DNA of 64,000 nt from Candidatus Sumerlaeaceae bacterium (GTDB lineage: Bacteria; Sumerlaeota; Sumerlaeia; Sumerlaeales; Sumerlaeaceae), in assembly GCA_051003195.1 (NCBI GenBank), contig JBPCLP010000045.1:195397-259396 (forward strand), given 5' to 3'. Made by a program: the position numbers and the translations under genes. Shown here in pieces: positions 40,603 through 51,508 of the stretch (position 1 is its first letter; every line of letters starts with the position of its first letter). The notes beneath the pieces are model-generated. The model saw only the letters and a list, made by a program, of their open reading frames with translations, searched no databases and was not told where the DNA came from.

Positions 40603-41496
40603 ATGCTTTCGGTTCACGATCTCCACCACTCTTATGATGCCAGTCCGGCTCTTGCCGGCATCAGCTTTGAGGTGGAGCGTGGCGAGACGCTTGGGCTGCT
40701 GGGGCCGAATGGCGCGGGGAAGAGTACCACGATCCATATACTGTGCGGGCTGTTGCGACCGCGGTCCGGAAGCGTGTCGATCAACGGGCAAATGGATCCT
40801 TCGCGGGCGGATGTGCGACGATCCCTGGGGTTTGCGCCGCAGTCTCTCGCCATTTACGATGAACTGACTGCTGACGAAAATCTCCGTTTCTTCGGACGCA
40901 TGTACGGCCTGGCGGGGGCGGCACTATCTCAACGCGTTGCGAAATCGCTGCAGGTTGCCGCACTGACTGACCGCGGATCCAGCCGCGTAAGCACGTACAG
41001 TGGCGGGATGAAGCGGCGCCTGAACCTGGCCTGCGCCATTATCCACGACCCGCAAATTCTCATGCTGGACGAGCCGACTGTCGGCGTTGACCCGCAGTCG
41101 CGCAATTTGCTTTTCGACACTCTTGGCATCATGAAAGCCGAAGGTCGAACGCTCCTCTACACCACGCACTACATGGAGGAAGCGCAGCGCCTCTGTGATC
41201 GCGTGGCGATCATTGATGCGGGACGCATTCTCGATATCAGTCCCGTTGCCGATCTGATCGCACGCCATGGCGGACGCTCGCGCGTAGTTGCGACATTTGA
41301 TGCTACGCCGGTGATTCCGGATCAGCTGCATGCCAAACTCGACGGCAAGACGGTTCGCTTTGAGTCGAACGACCCGGTGCGGGATCTTGCGTGCCTCCAG
41401 TCGCCGGCTGCGCAACTCACAGCACTGGCGATTAACTCTCCCACGCTGGAGGATGTGTTTCTCAACCTGACGGGACGGACACTGCGCGACGAATGA
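40603..41496 (+). CDS. ABC-2 exporter ATP-binding subunit
   Basis: GPNGAGKST, YSGGMKRR, LDEPTVGVD, TTHYMEEA. Confidence 0.95.
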   Translation: MLSVHDLHHSYDASPALAGISFEVERGETLGLLGPNGAGKSTTIHILCGLLRPRSGSVSINGQMDPSRADVRRSLGFAPQSLAIYDELTADENLRFFGRMYGLAGAALSQRVAKSLQVAALTDRGSSRVSTYSGGMKRRLNLACAIIHDPQILMLDEPTVGVDPQSRNLLFDTLGIMKAEGRTLLYTTHYMEEAQRLCDRVAIIDAGRILDISPVADLIARHGGRSRVVATFDATPVIPDQLHAKLDGKTVRFESNDPVRDLACLQSPAAQLTALAINSPTLEDVFLNLTGRTLRDE

Positions 41497-42764
41497 TGCC
41501 GTCCATCTATCTCGCCCTGAAAGACATGCGCCTTCTTGCACGAGACAAGGCCGCACTTTTCTGGGCATTCGGTTTCCCGCTGGCATTCGCCCTGCTGTTC
41601 GGCCTGGCTTTTTCCGGAGGCGGTGGACGCCCTTCGGGGATTCGCCTGGCTCTTGTCGATGAAGACGGAACTCCGGCGTCGCGGCAATTCCTGGACAGCC
41701 TCGGGCGAGCCGACACGGTCACGACCACTTCGATGTCGCGGGAACAGGCCGTGAGTGCAGTGAGAACGGGCCATGCGGCTGCAGCCATCTTCGTAAAGAA
41801 AGGGTTCAGCGGAAACCCGCTCAACCTGTTTTCCAGCCACGACTCTCCGGTGGAAATGGCGATCGATCCGGCGCACCAGATGGAAAGCGGGTTTGTGCAG
41901 GGAATGATCATGCAGGCCAAATTCCAGGCATTGCAGCAGCAGTTCGTGGATCCAGAGCAGGCGGGCAAGCTGGTGCAGTCTGCTCGCGACAGGTTGAAGC
42001 GCGCCTCAGCTATGCCGGACGTGCAGAGAGCCGCCATCGAGAAGCTACTGGAAGATACGAACAACTTCGCGCAAATGGTGCCGTCTGCCAGTATGCGAAA
42101 TGCACGAGCGGGAGGCATCAGCTTTGAAGTTCCAAAAGTCGCGATATCCACCAGGAAGGAGGGGCCCGATTCATACGTGCAGATTTCGTTCCCCCAATCG
42201 ATTCTGTGGGGATTAATCGGGTGCATGGCCACGTTCGCTGCTTCGCTGGCGCATGAGAAGGCCCGCGGCACCTATCAACGACTGCAGGTTTCGCCGATCA
42301 GCCAGGTTCAAATTCTGCTGGGGAAAGGTATCGCGTGCTTTGTCAGCGGGATTGCGGTTGTCTCTCTGCTGGTCACGTTGGGAACGCTGGTCTTTCATAT
42401 GCACATCTCGAGTTTCCCCCTGCTGGCGCTGGCGACGGTTTGTCTGGTGAGCTGCTTTGTGGGCGTGATGATGTTCACCAGCACGCTGGGCCGCACTGAG
42501 CGCTCGGTAGCCAGCACGGGCTGGTCCATTTCGATGATTATGGCAATGTTCGGCGGCGCAATGGTGCCGCTTGTCATGATGCCGCCGTGGATGCGGAACG
42601 TCGGGAGTTTCAGCCCGGTGAAATGGGGGATTCTGGCAATGGAAGGAGTGTTCTGGCGTCATTACACCTTCGCGGAAATAATGGGGCCGTGTGCAATCCT
42701 GCTTTCCGCCGGCGCTGTGTTCGCCCTTCTTGCATTCTGGCAAATGCGCCGAAGCAGTTTTTAG
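41493..42764 (+). CDS. ABC-2 exporter permease
   Basis: One N-terminal TM, large extracytoplasmic loop, five C-terminal TMs, E...GT..RL..SP. Confidence 0.9.
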   Translation: MMPSIYLALKDMRLLARDKAALFWAFGFPLAFALLFGLAFSGGGGRPSGIRLALVDEDGTPASRQFLDSLGRADTVTTTSMSREQAVSAVRTGHAAAAIFVKKGFSGNPLNLFSSHDSPVEMAIDPAHQMESGFVQGMIMQAKFQALQQQFVDPEQAGKLVQSARDRLKRASAMPDVQRAAIEKLLEDTNNFAQMVPSASMRNARAGGISFEVPKVAISTRKEGPDSYVQISFPQSILWGLIGCMATFAASLAHEKARGTYQRLQVSPISQVQILLGKGIACFVSGIAVVSLLVTLGTLVFHMHISSFPLLALATVCLVSCFVGVMMFTSTLGRTERSVASTGWSISMIMAMFGGAMVPLVMMPPWMRNVGSFSPVKWGILAMEGVFWRHYTFAEIMGPCAILLSAGAVFALLAFWQMRRSSF

Positions 42765-42783
42765 TCGTGCCGGGAAATCACTG

Positions 42784-44484
42784 ATGTGGCCGCTCAAACA
42801 ATGGCGACTGGTCGGGGGACTCGCACTTCTACTAGTCGCGCCTGCGTTATTTGCGCACGACCTATCCGGCGATGCGGAGCATCCCCATTACGATTGGTCC
42901 GTGCGGTCCCCCGGTGCGGATGGAGTGCAGAACAGCTTACTCGCGCAAGCCGGTGCAGGGCAGCTACGCAGTACATCGCCACCGTCAGCTGTGTTGGCGG
43001 ACCCATCACCCATCCAGGCCGCACCGTTCAAGGTATTCGCGCCGAAGGTCGGGTTGAAGTGGGATAAAGACTACCTCTATGTGGAATCCAACGGACTGCC
43101 GTCGCACAATATGATGGTCGGCATCACGGCGTGGCAGCAGCAGGTGCCGCTGCCTCAAAGCTATGTTGGCGACAACGCCTGGCGGATACCTTTGCATCCT
43201 GTTGTGGCCGCGCAGCCCGTGTCCATCCGTGGACGCTTTCTCCGGGGCGCCATTGCGCTGGCTGCGAACGGAGTTCCAATCTTCAACCCGCAAAACAATC
43301 GAGGTGAAATTGCTCAGGAAATCGGTGAACTGGACCAATGGAAAGGCCATTGCGGACGCGCGGATGACTACCACTACCACGCCGCGCCGCTCCATTTACA
43401 GAGCGTACTTGGCACCGGTTTGCCGATCGCCTACGCGCTGGACGGTTTTCCGATCTATGGTCTCACCGAACCCGATGGATCTGCAATCACGAAACTTGAT
43501 GAGTTCAATGGTCATGAGGCGGGAAGCGGCTACCATTACCATGCCTCCACGAAATATCCATACGTGAACGGCGGGTTCCATGGAGAGGTCTTCGAGCGCG
43601 AGGGGCAGGTTGACCCTCAACCTAAAGGAGTCTCCATTCGAGGCGGTGGAGCGCCGCTGAGGGGCGCCACGATCACGGCTTTTGAAACTACAGGAACCAG
43701 TAGCTTTAAGCTAAGTTATGAGCTGAACGGGGACAAACGCGCCATCGTCTACCATGTAAACCCGGACGGAACTTATCCCTTCGAATACTGGGCCGACGGG
43801 CGCATCGCCAGCAGGCAGGTTTATACGCGTCGGCAGGGCGCAGGTGGCGAGCCGCCGCGGCCGGATGACCCCGCAAGACGGGAGACAGGTAGAGGTCAAG
43901 CCCGGGCGTCAGGGGAACCCGATCGCAGCGGGCGAATGCCGCGCGGTGAAGCCGGTGCTAACGAAAGAAAGCTGCCACCAGGGGAACTCGGGACCACGCT
44001 TCCCGCTGCAAGCTCAACAAGTTCATTTGTACTTGGCAGCCCGGTTGTGATTAACGGCGGAGCGTTGCCGGTCGAGTTCACTGGCGATGGCGCTGGTTCA
44101 ACACCGCCACTCGCCTGGCATGGGGCACCCCAGGGAACGAAAAGCTACGCGCTTATCATGCATCACCTCGATTCCGAAGGAAAGACGAAGATCTACTGGA
44201 CGCTCTTCAATATTCCCCCGGATGTGACGCATCTGGATAAAAACGCAGCCGGCGCCGGCACGCCCGGTTTAAGCGGCATTCAGACTGTCGTCAATTATGC
44301 GCCCACACATTCAAAGGGCCCAGGCGCAAAAACGTACGTGATTACGCTGTATGCGCTTTCTGAAATGCTGCTGCCGAACGTCCTGCAGGGGTCGGTGAAT
44401 ACCGAGACCCTTGTTACGGCCATAAAGGAACGCATACTCGCGACGGCCAGTTTGAGCGTCACCTACTCGCGACGAGTACCTTAG
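42784..44484 (+). CDS. YHYH-domain protein fused to a YbhB/YbcL (PEBP) domain
   Basis: Signal peptide; SNGLP.H, ANGVPIFNP, DYHYH, LDGFPIYG, GYHYH; C-terminal F.GDG...PPL.W...P.GTKS.ALIM and KGPG...Y...LYAL. Confidence 0.8.
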   Translation: MWPLKQWRLVGGLALLLVAPALFAHDLSGDAEHPHYDWSVRSPGADGVQNSLLAQAGAGQLRSTSPPSAVLADPSPIQAAPFKVFAPKVGLKWDKDYLYVESNGLPSHNMMVGITAWQQQVPLPQSYVGDNAWRIPLHPVVAAQPVSIRGRFLRGAIALAANGVPIFNPQNNRGEIAQEIGELDQWKGHCGRADDYHYHAAPLHLQSVLGTGLPIAYALDGFPIYGLTEPDGSAITKLDEFNGHEAGSGYHYHASTKYPYVNGGFHGEVFEREGQVDPQPKGVSIRGGGAPLRGATITAFETTGTSSFKLSYELNGDKRAIVYHVNPDGTYPFEYWADGRIASRQVYTRRQGAGGEPPRPDDPARRETGRGQARASGEPDRSGRMPRGEAGANERKLPPGELGTTLPAASSTSSFVLGSPVVINGGALPVEFTGDGAGSTPPLAWHGAPQGTKSYALIMHHLDSEGKTKIYWTLFNIPPDVTHLDKNAAGAGTPGLSGIQTVVNYAPTHSKGPGAKTYVITLYALSEMLLPNVLQGSVNTETLVTAIKERILATASLSVTYSRRVP

Positions 44485-44639
44485 CGAAGGGTGGATTCGC
44501 GAACTGGTGCACACAGCTAGAGTTGCTGGCCACTAGTCGAAGTGCGCCTAGGTCCGGACAGAGAGCAGCGAGGTAGTCGCACTGTTAACGCAGAACTCCC
44601 GGCCTTGACCTTCACCTGCCGCGAAAAGATCAGTCCAGT

Positions 44640-45611
44640 ATGCAAGACGACTCGCACGACTCGGTGCCCGAAGAACTGCTTGTGGAGCCAATTGAGACAA
44701 CTCCCGCCGCTGCTTCCTTACTCGGTGGAATGAATGCATTTCTCAGCGCCATAGTCGGCGGAGTTGCCGGCACACTCACCGGCATTTCCGGGTACTTACT
44801 CGCCGCCAACTCTCACTCTCAGCTGGGCCTCGTTGTCTTTCTCCTCATACCTTTCATTTCCGGTTTTACCATTGCAGTCACCGTGCAACGCGGCCGCGCA
44901 CTGGGTGCCAGCGCACTGCTCACCGCGATCGCAACCGGCCTGTTTTTGCTGTGGAGCGGGTTAGAAGGGATTGTGTGTCTTCTGATGAGTTCACCCAATC
45001 TCATAATCGGCATGGCGATCGGGATAGCGGTTGGGGTGTACGTCAGGGACAGAATGCGTATTTCAGCCATGATGCTGTTGCCTGCCGGACTGCTGTTGGC
45101 CGGGGCCGCGCGTTTCGAGCGAGGGGCCATTCTTCACGAAACTGAGGAAACATTTTTGACAACCACACGTCTGCCGGTCAGCCCGGAAGTCGCCTGGGAC
45201 CTGATCGCCAGCGTGCACGAGATGTCCGGACCTCGCCCCTTTCTCCTGTGGCTCGGGCTGCCTATCCCGGACCACTGTACCATCGATCGGCCTGGTGTCG
45301 GGGGTACAAGAACCTGCTACTTCAACAACGGAACCATCAGCCAGACCATTACCGATTGGAATTACCCGGCGAGCTTTTCAGCAAAAGTCACCGGCTGGAC
45401 TCTGCCCGGCCGGCACTGGCTGAAGCTGATCGGTGCCAGCTACAACTTCGTTCCGCATGGCTACGAAACTGAAGTGGTGCGACAGACGTCGATCTCCTCG
45501 CGGCTCGGCCCACGCTGGTACTGGCGCTTCTTTGAAGAAATGGGAGTGCAGGCCGAGCATGAATACGTGCTGAGCGATTTGGCAAGGCGTATAAAGGAGC
45601 TACCGCATTAG
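44640..45611 (+). CDS. Membrane protein with a C-terminal SRPBCC-like domain
   Basis: Several TMs, EG.VCL.M..P, then PEVAW...LGLP.P..C...GVG..R.C.F. Confidence 0.7.
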   Translation: MQDDSHDSVPEELLVEPIETTPAAASLLGGMNAFLSAIVGGVAGTLTGISGYLLAANSHSQLGLVVFLLIPFISGFTIAVTVQRGRALGASALLTAIATGLFLLWSGLEGIVCLLMSSPNLIIGMAIGIAVGVYVRDRMRISAMMLLPAGLLLAGAARFERGAILHETEETFLTTTRLPVSPEVAWDLIASVHEMSGPRPFLLWLGLPIPDHCTIDRPGVGGTRTCYFNNGTISQTITDWNYPASFSAKVTGWTLPGRHWLKLIGASYNFVPHGYETEVVRQTSISSRLGPRWYWRFFEEMGVQAEHEYVLSDLARRIKELPH

Positions 45612-45732
45612 CTCCGCACGAACATGAGTCTTATACGTCCCTCATTTTAGAAGAGCTGCAACCCTGCTCGACCTGAACTGTGTTATAGTTAATCGCTGCG
45701 AAAGAAAAGATAGTTGAAGTGCTCGCATCCGC

Positions 45733-46731
45733 TTACCCCCCGCCGCTATTCACTGCCGCATCCTCAGCCGCGTAATCGAACTGCTCAGCCGCAGTGGATG
45801 GTGGATTGGTTCGTTCCCAAATAATAGACTGTTCGAGGCACTCATACGTCGGCACGATTTCCTCGTAGCCAAGTTCCTCACGGATTCTCGAGGTATCGAC
45901 TACCCAGTCCTGCGCATAATCGAGGTTCTCTGCCAAGTGCACGGGCAGCCGTTCCTCGGGGATCTCCACCACGCGCCCCGCCCAGCCGGCAGCCCGCCCC
46001 AGCATGTGCGCCCGCTCGGCCATCGTTGGTGCGTGTAGCTCGCCAACATTATAAACGCGCTCAACCGCGACGGGGTGGGTGATCGCCAACGTGAGAGCGT
46101 GCGCCATGTTTTCCACGTACCCATGCGTAAAGCGCCAGCGGGCCTGCCGCGTCCCCATTAGGATGAACGGCCGGTCGTCATTCATACGCCGCACCCAGCC
46201 GTGCAGCCGATGCTGTTTATCGCCGGGTCCGTAAACCGCGGGGTAACGAACGACCGTGCATGGGAGAGCCGGGTTGGACCGAACAATTCGTTCTACCGCA
46301 GTCTTGTCGTATGCCGAGCCGTGGATGGATAGATTAGATCTCAATGGCGCGTCTTCGCGCAGCGGTGTCGGGTCTGGAGGGCCGGGCTCCGTGCGGTGAA
46401 GGCGCCCATATGCGCGATACACATCAATACTGCTGATCACCACCGCGCGAGGAACAATGCCCGCTACCGCATCCACAAAGCTTACAGCCTCAGTCTCTGT
46501 GAACGCGATCATATGAACGATGACATCGATGTTCAGAGCTGCGAGCCGCTGTCGCAGCACCGGCAACTCGGACTTATCACCAGCGATCTGCGTCGATCCG
46601 CGCAGAAGCGGGGAATCACTGTGCGAGCGATGAAGAAGCCACACATCGTGACCTGCGGAAAGGAGTTCCCGCACGGCGTAGGGGCCGGTCATTCCGGCGC
46701 CGCCGATCAAGAGTACACGTAGGCTTCTCAA
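45733..46731 (-). CDS. NAD-dependent epimerase/dehydratase
   Basis: VLLIGGAGMTG, ISSIDVY, YDK..VE, R.PAVYGP; TTG start inferred. Confidence 0.88.
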   Translation of the reverse strand: MRSLRVLLIGGAGMTGPYAVRELLSAGHDVWLLHRSHSDSPLLRGSTQIAGDKSELPVLRQRLAALNIDVIVHMIAFTETEAVSFVDAVAGIVPRAVVISSIDVYRAYGRLHRTEPGPPDPTPLREDAPLRSNLSIHGSAYDKTAVERIVRSNPALPCTVVRYPAVYGPGDKQHRLHGWVRRMNDDRPFILMGTRQARWRFTHGYVENMAHALTLAITHPVAVERVYNVGELHAPTMAERAHMLGRAAGWAGRVVEIPEERLPVHLAENLDYAQDWVVDTSRIREELGYEEIVPTYECLEQSIIWERTNPPSTAAEQFDYAAEDAAVNSGGG

Positions 46732-47132
46732 TTCGGACCCTTCGCGCTGGCGACCAGCGCCGCGCCTAGGGCTGCAATTGCTCTGCCGCCCGCACCTTGC
46801 TCTCTGTCTGGGTTGTCGGCGCAATAAGCTGATTGGGTGTCGTAACGTACCGAATCCATTTGCCCGAAGGTTGCAGGGTTTACACGCACTTGTCCACCAC
46901 TCCGTGAAGTGTTACGCGGCAAGACGGCAGGAGCCCCCCTTTGTTGCGTCTTAGCTAAAAATTGAACCGTTTTTCTCTGGGAAACTGCTGAATGAACACG
47001 TTCTGAAATCACCGTATCAATTAAGTTCATCTGCAGGGAAAGAAAGATGGCCCGCACTACTGCTACTGGGTGCTTCGGTGTTCTCAACAATTAGGGAAAG
47101 CTGCCCACACGTTGCAACGTGCGATGGCGATC

Positions 47133-47690
47133 TCATATCACTTGGTCGTAGCACACCCATCGACCTGTCATGAGAGTTGCCATCGATGCCACGGCGCATT
47201 CGCAAAATTCCTCTGGCATGCAATTCACCACGCGAACAACCCGGTGATGCGCCTTGGGAAAGCCTGTAAGCACCTCCTCAGGTATTTCGCGCAAAACCTC
47301 GATGATTGCGGGCTCACACGAAGTATACGCAAACGCAGTGTAGATGCGCTCCTCCTGTCGTTCCAGCAGAACAGAAGCGATGCAATACCCGTCGATCGTG
47401 CTGAGGGCCAACACCCGCTCCGGGCAGTCGTAATACCCAAGCTCGGCGCGCAACACATCCCGGTGGGTAAGGCGGTCGCCAATTACGTCCATGATGTATC
47501 GCTGCACCCATTCGATCTCCATGGCACTTGCGGTAGCCTCACCACGCAGGTGGTCGGGTACAAAGTGACCGAGTAAGGTCAGGAGACTCACCTGGTCAAT
47601 GTAGCGTATCGGACCGCGGCGCTGTACGTCCGTAAACTGCCGAGCCCAGTCGTCGAAGTTCATTTGCCTACACCGCCCGTCCAACGCCAA
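47133..47690 (-). CDS. Hypothetical protein
   Basis: 185-aa ORF with normal composition and no motif recognised. Confidence 0.5.
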   Translation of the reverse strand: MALDGRCRQMNFDDWARQFTDVQRRGPIRYIDQVSLLTLLGHFVPDHLRGEATASAMEIEWVQRYIMDVIGDRLTHRDVLRAELGYYDCPERVLALSTIDGYCIASVLLERQEERIYTAFAYTSCEPAIIEVLREIPEEVLTGFPKAHHRVVRVVNCMPEEFCECAVASMATLMTGRWVCYDQVI

Positions 47691-48356
47691 GCAGCATAAG
47701 CATTCCCACTGGAACCATAATGCGATTCACGTCATGGTAGTCGTGCCAGCCGCGCATAGGCTATTTTTAGCTGTTTATCGGCCAGAAATTCTCAGAAGAG
47801 CCGGAACAGGTTCTGCATCGGTTTAGGGGAAGTGGCGAATTAATTTTAACTGGCACCTATTTCCACTGACCCCTGGTTTATGGTCGTCATTGTTTAAGCA
47901 ACATAACAGCCGTTACGGCTACAGTCGCAATTACTAATGCAAGAATCGACGTACCCTGCGCGAATCGTTGCTCCTGGGTAAGGTGTCGCTGATACATAGT
48001 TTAAATTGCTTGCGCTTAATTCCCCAAATTACCGCCGTGAAAGAAAGTAGCAGCAGTGGAAGGGCCGTAGCCAATATCTTCAAGCCGCTCCAACAAATAA
48101 ACCCGCGGCGCTTACGGCTAACAGCCAATGCCATTTACCGAGTACATATTGCATGTATGCCCTCACATTAAACCTCGTGAAATGGACATGAACAGTAATG
48201 CAAAAAGCATTCATCAGCTGTTTCGTAGCCCCATTCACGATAGTGATTCGAGTGTTTCCAAAAATCATAATTTGGAGGGGGTGCGTTGGGCGGAAAGTAG
48301 TTAACGGGGGGACGGGCCAGGCGGCGTCGGTGGCGGCCATCCAGAAGCAACTATGA

Positions 48357-48818
48357 TTGAGTCCGTGCCGGGAACGTAAATTTGACTTGGTTCGTTTGAG
48401 CGGGAAAGGCGACTCTTCTCCATTTGAAGAGATTGTCCGACGTAATCTGTCGCCGGTGTCCGCTGTCGCTTACGCGATCACATGCGATCATGCTGCCAGC
48501 CAAGACGTGGCACAGGAAGTCTTCGGAGGTCTTGCTGATCTGCGCGACCAGCACAAGCTCCGCTCCACGCTGTGCGTAATGGCGCAAAACATTTCCACTT
48601 CGCGAGGCAGTCGAAACGTGGCTGGGCGGCCGTGGCACGTCAGCTGTTGCTGCGCACTAATGGCTGCTACGAAAGCAACCCACGTGCTCCGTCCATATGG
48701 AAACGAACTAGTCACAAAGGATACATCGCGCATTGTTTACGTTCCGATGAGAAAGCTCTTTCGCACGAGTTTTACCTCACGTCGCAACGTTGAGCCCGAA
48801 GTGGTCAGTTTCCACTGA
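48357..48818 (+). pseudogene. Decayed ECF sigma factor (region 2 only)
   Basis: GD..PFEEIVRR....V.AVAYAIT.D...SQDVAQEVF..L..LRD; no region 4. Confidence 0.65.
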
Positions 48819-48926
48819 TACCGTCGAACCTTGAACGACGCGCAGTCGATTTGGTTGTAGCGCAAATGGCTCAAACTCTTTCTTTGTGCTGGCGTTACTG
48901 CATCTGAGTTCGAAAGGTTTGAGAAA

Positions 48927-50330
48927 ATGATTCACCCGCTTGCAGCCAGCGTGTTTGCGATGGTCGCATTCGCGTCATCGGCTATATTGTCTGCTCAAGA
49001 AACGTCTTCCTCCGCATCAAGACCAAACATAATCCTTATCCTCGCGGATGATCTGGATTTTGCCGATATCAGTATCCACGGTGGAACAAAAACGCCGACG
49101 CCAAACATCGATTCGATTGCCAAGAACGGGGTTCAGTTTACGCAGGCGTACGTTACGTGCCCGGTGTGTGGTCCTTCGCGCGTGGCCATTCTGACAGGCA
49201 AGTACCAGGACCGTATCGGTTATGTGACAAACCATGGCCCGAAGATTCCCGCGAACTTTGGCCTCCCATCATCAGAAGTGCTGGTGGCGGAGGTGCTGAA
49301 AAATGCGGGTTACAGGACGGGTATCATAGGCAAGTGGCACCTCGGCTTCGAGTCGGACATGGTACCCAATGCGCAGGGGTTTGATTACTTTTTTGGGCAC
49401 CTTCACGGCGCCCACGATTATCATCCTGGAGTGGAGCAACCGGGCCCGATACTGCGTAACACCGAGCCTGTAAAGACCACGAAATGGCTGACCACGACGC
49501 TTGCAGATGAAGCCGCCAGGTTCATCAGCGACAGCGCCGGCAAGCCTTATTTCCTGTACGTGCCTTTCAATGCGGTTCACGACCCGCTGCAGGCACCGGA
49601 GGAACTGCTAAAGAAATTCGGGCACATCAGGAACCAGCGCGACCGAATTATGGCAGCGATGCTGTACGAATTGGATGAAGGCGTAGGCAAGATTCTTCAG
49701 GCCGTCAAATCGTCCGGTGCGGAAACGAATACCCTGGTGGTCTTCTTCAATGATAATGGCGGAACACGTGGTCACCTGCCTGAGGCAAACGGCGAGTTGC
49801 GCGGCGGGAAGGCGACACTGTACGAGGGCGGTATTCGTGTGCCGCTGTTCATGCAGTGGCCCGGCAGGATTCCCGCAGGCACGAGGTATGAGCACGCGGT
49901 TATCTCCCTGGATGTCATGCCGACTCTCCTCGCCGCTGCAAACACCAGGACCTCGGTCACGCTAGAAGGCGTGAATCTGTTTCCATACATAGATAAACAA
50001 GCCCAGGGAAAACCACACAAAAGCATGTTCTGGCGATTCGTGGATGCGCCGGATCAGAAAGCGGCACGGAAGAATGACATGAAGATCGTGCAGCCGGCGC
50101 CGTGCAAACCCTGGGAGCTATACGACCTTGCAGCCGACCCCGGTGAAACAAAGAACCTGGCGACGCAGACGCCGGCTAGGGTAAACGAACTCGCAGCAGA
50201 CTGGCGGGAATGGAACTCCACCAATAAAGATCCGCTGTTCCTGGACGAGCGGGTGATTCGTCGGCGTGAGGAACTGAAGCACCAGGATAGCGGCACCTCC
50301 GCAAGCGCTCCGCCCGCCCCGCGACAGTGA
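48927..50330 (+). CDS. Secreted Cys-type sulfatase
   Basis: RPNIILILADD, CGPSR (FGly motif), GKWHLG, DNGG, GK..LYEGGIRVP, ELYDL..DPGE. Confidence 0.95.
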   Translation: MIHPLAASVFAMVAFASSAILSAQETSSSASRPNIILILADDLDFADISIHGGTKTPTPNIDSIAKNGVQFTQAYVTCPVCGPSRVAILTGKYQDRIGYVTNHGPKIPANFGLPSSEVLVAEVLKNAGYRTGIIGKWHLGFESDMVPNAQGFDYFFGHLHGAHDYHPGVEQPGPILRNTEPVKTTKWLTTTLADEAARFISDSAGKPYFLYVPFNAVHDPLQAPEELLKKFGHIRNQRDRIMAAMLYELDEGVGKILQAVKSSGAETNTLVVFFNDNGGTRGHLPEANGELRGGKATLYEGGIRVPLFMQWPGRIPAGTRYEHAVISLDVMPTLLAAANTRTSVTLEGVNLFPYIDKQAQGKPHKSMFWRFVDAPDQKAARKNDMKIVQPAPCKPWELYDLAADPGETKNLATQTPARVNELAADWREWNSTNKDPLFLDERVIRRREELKHQDSGTSASAPPAPRQ

Positions 50331-50596
50331 CGCCGGGCGATTCGCCACTGCGGCTTGACCTGCAGCACGCAACGGCCAGTAAAGTAGGGCGACTGGCCTC
50401 AATCCAGTAGAACTTTGAAAGCGAAACTGGTTCGCTTTTATTGCGACGCAGCTGTGAGGCATGTCGGATTCGTGTTAGCCAATGCCACGGAATTCCTTGA
50501 CCCCGAATTCTCTTGGTTGGTTATCTGAGGCGGCGGAAGTTTGACATGCTATTTCGACCGTGACTGCGCGGCGCACGGTAACGGTAGTTTTTGGCT

Positions 50597-51454
50597 ATGG
50601 GACTTTTGGACATGCTTCTCTCAGAAACTCCAGTGGTAGACTACGTAAACGGCGAACGAACTAGTCGTGGTGCCTTGCAGGCACTAATGAACGCCTTGCA
50701 ACTTCAACCCGCAGTTACGAAAGTTTGGTTGCTGACGACCGATTACGACCATGCCTTAATCGTGGTTTACCAGGACGACAAATACATCGCGATACAAGGC
50801 GGCCTTAGTTCAGGCCGCCCGAGCGAAGGGACTAAGACGCTATCCAAGGCGCTGGCTTTCATCGATTCGCTTGGTCTGTCGATTCATGAGATCCTGGTAC
50901 CTTTTGGACTGATGAACCGTCTCATCCGAGGCGGGCTCACGCAGAAAGATATTTCCACGCTGGATGCTGGTGGGGTTGGGCATGGTCACTGGCCGAACTA
51001 TATACTCCCGGAAGATTGGGAAAGTAGTACAACACGACAGTTATGGGACACCGCCGAGCCAATGATCCCAATGGCGATAATCGACCCCAGGCTTCGCGAT
51101 ATCGCAATCAGATTTTGGAAGTCACCCGATTCAGCACTGATGGACGGCTATAGGCGCCTTGAGTGCTGCATTCGAGGAAGGATAGACTGCAATAGTCGTG
51201 GCATTGACATCTTCGGAAAGGCATTTGGCGGGAAGCAGCCTCAACTGGCTTGGCAGGAAGAGCTCGGCTCAGGTGATTCAGCAAGGCAACTGCTGTTCAG
51301 GGGTGTTTTCCAGGCGTATCGCAATGCGCGCGCTCATAATGAACTTCAAACATCGCCAAACGAAAGCCTGACGGAGTTCTTACTGCTTAATCACCTGTTC
51401 CTGCTTGAAGCCGCAGCTGTTAATGCTCCAAGCCCCGATAGTAAACCATTTTAA
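50597..51454 (+). CDS. TIGR02391-like protein
   Basis: C-terminal A...LE..IR......G......AF...LF.G.F..YRN.RAH pattern. Confidence 0.65.
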   Translation: MGLLDMLLSETPVVDYVNGERTSRGALQALMNALQLQPAVTKVWLLTTDYDHALIVVYQDDKYIAIQGGLSSGRPSEGTKTLSKALAFIDSLGLSIHEILVPFGLMNRLIRGGLTQKDISTLDAGGVGHGHWPNYILPEDWESSTTRQLWDTAEPMIPMAIIDPRLRDIAIRFWKSPDSALMDGYRRLECCIRGRIDCNSRGIDIFGKAFGGKQPQLAWQEELGSGDSARQLLFRGVFQAYRNARAHNELQTSPNESLTEFLLLNHLFLLEAAAVNAPSPDSKPF

Positions 51455-51508
51455 TTAGAGCGTGCCTGCTCCGAGATTTATGTTCCAAGGATACCTGACT
51501 CTTTTCGA

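Noticed and set aside
44640..51454. Integron cassette array
   Set aside because: Mixed gene orientations, no convincing attC sites and no IntI-type integrase.
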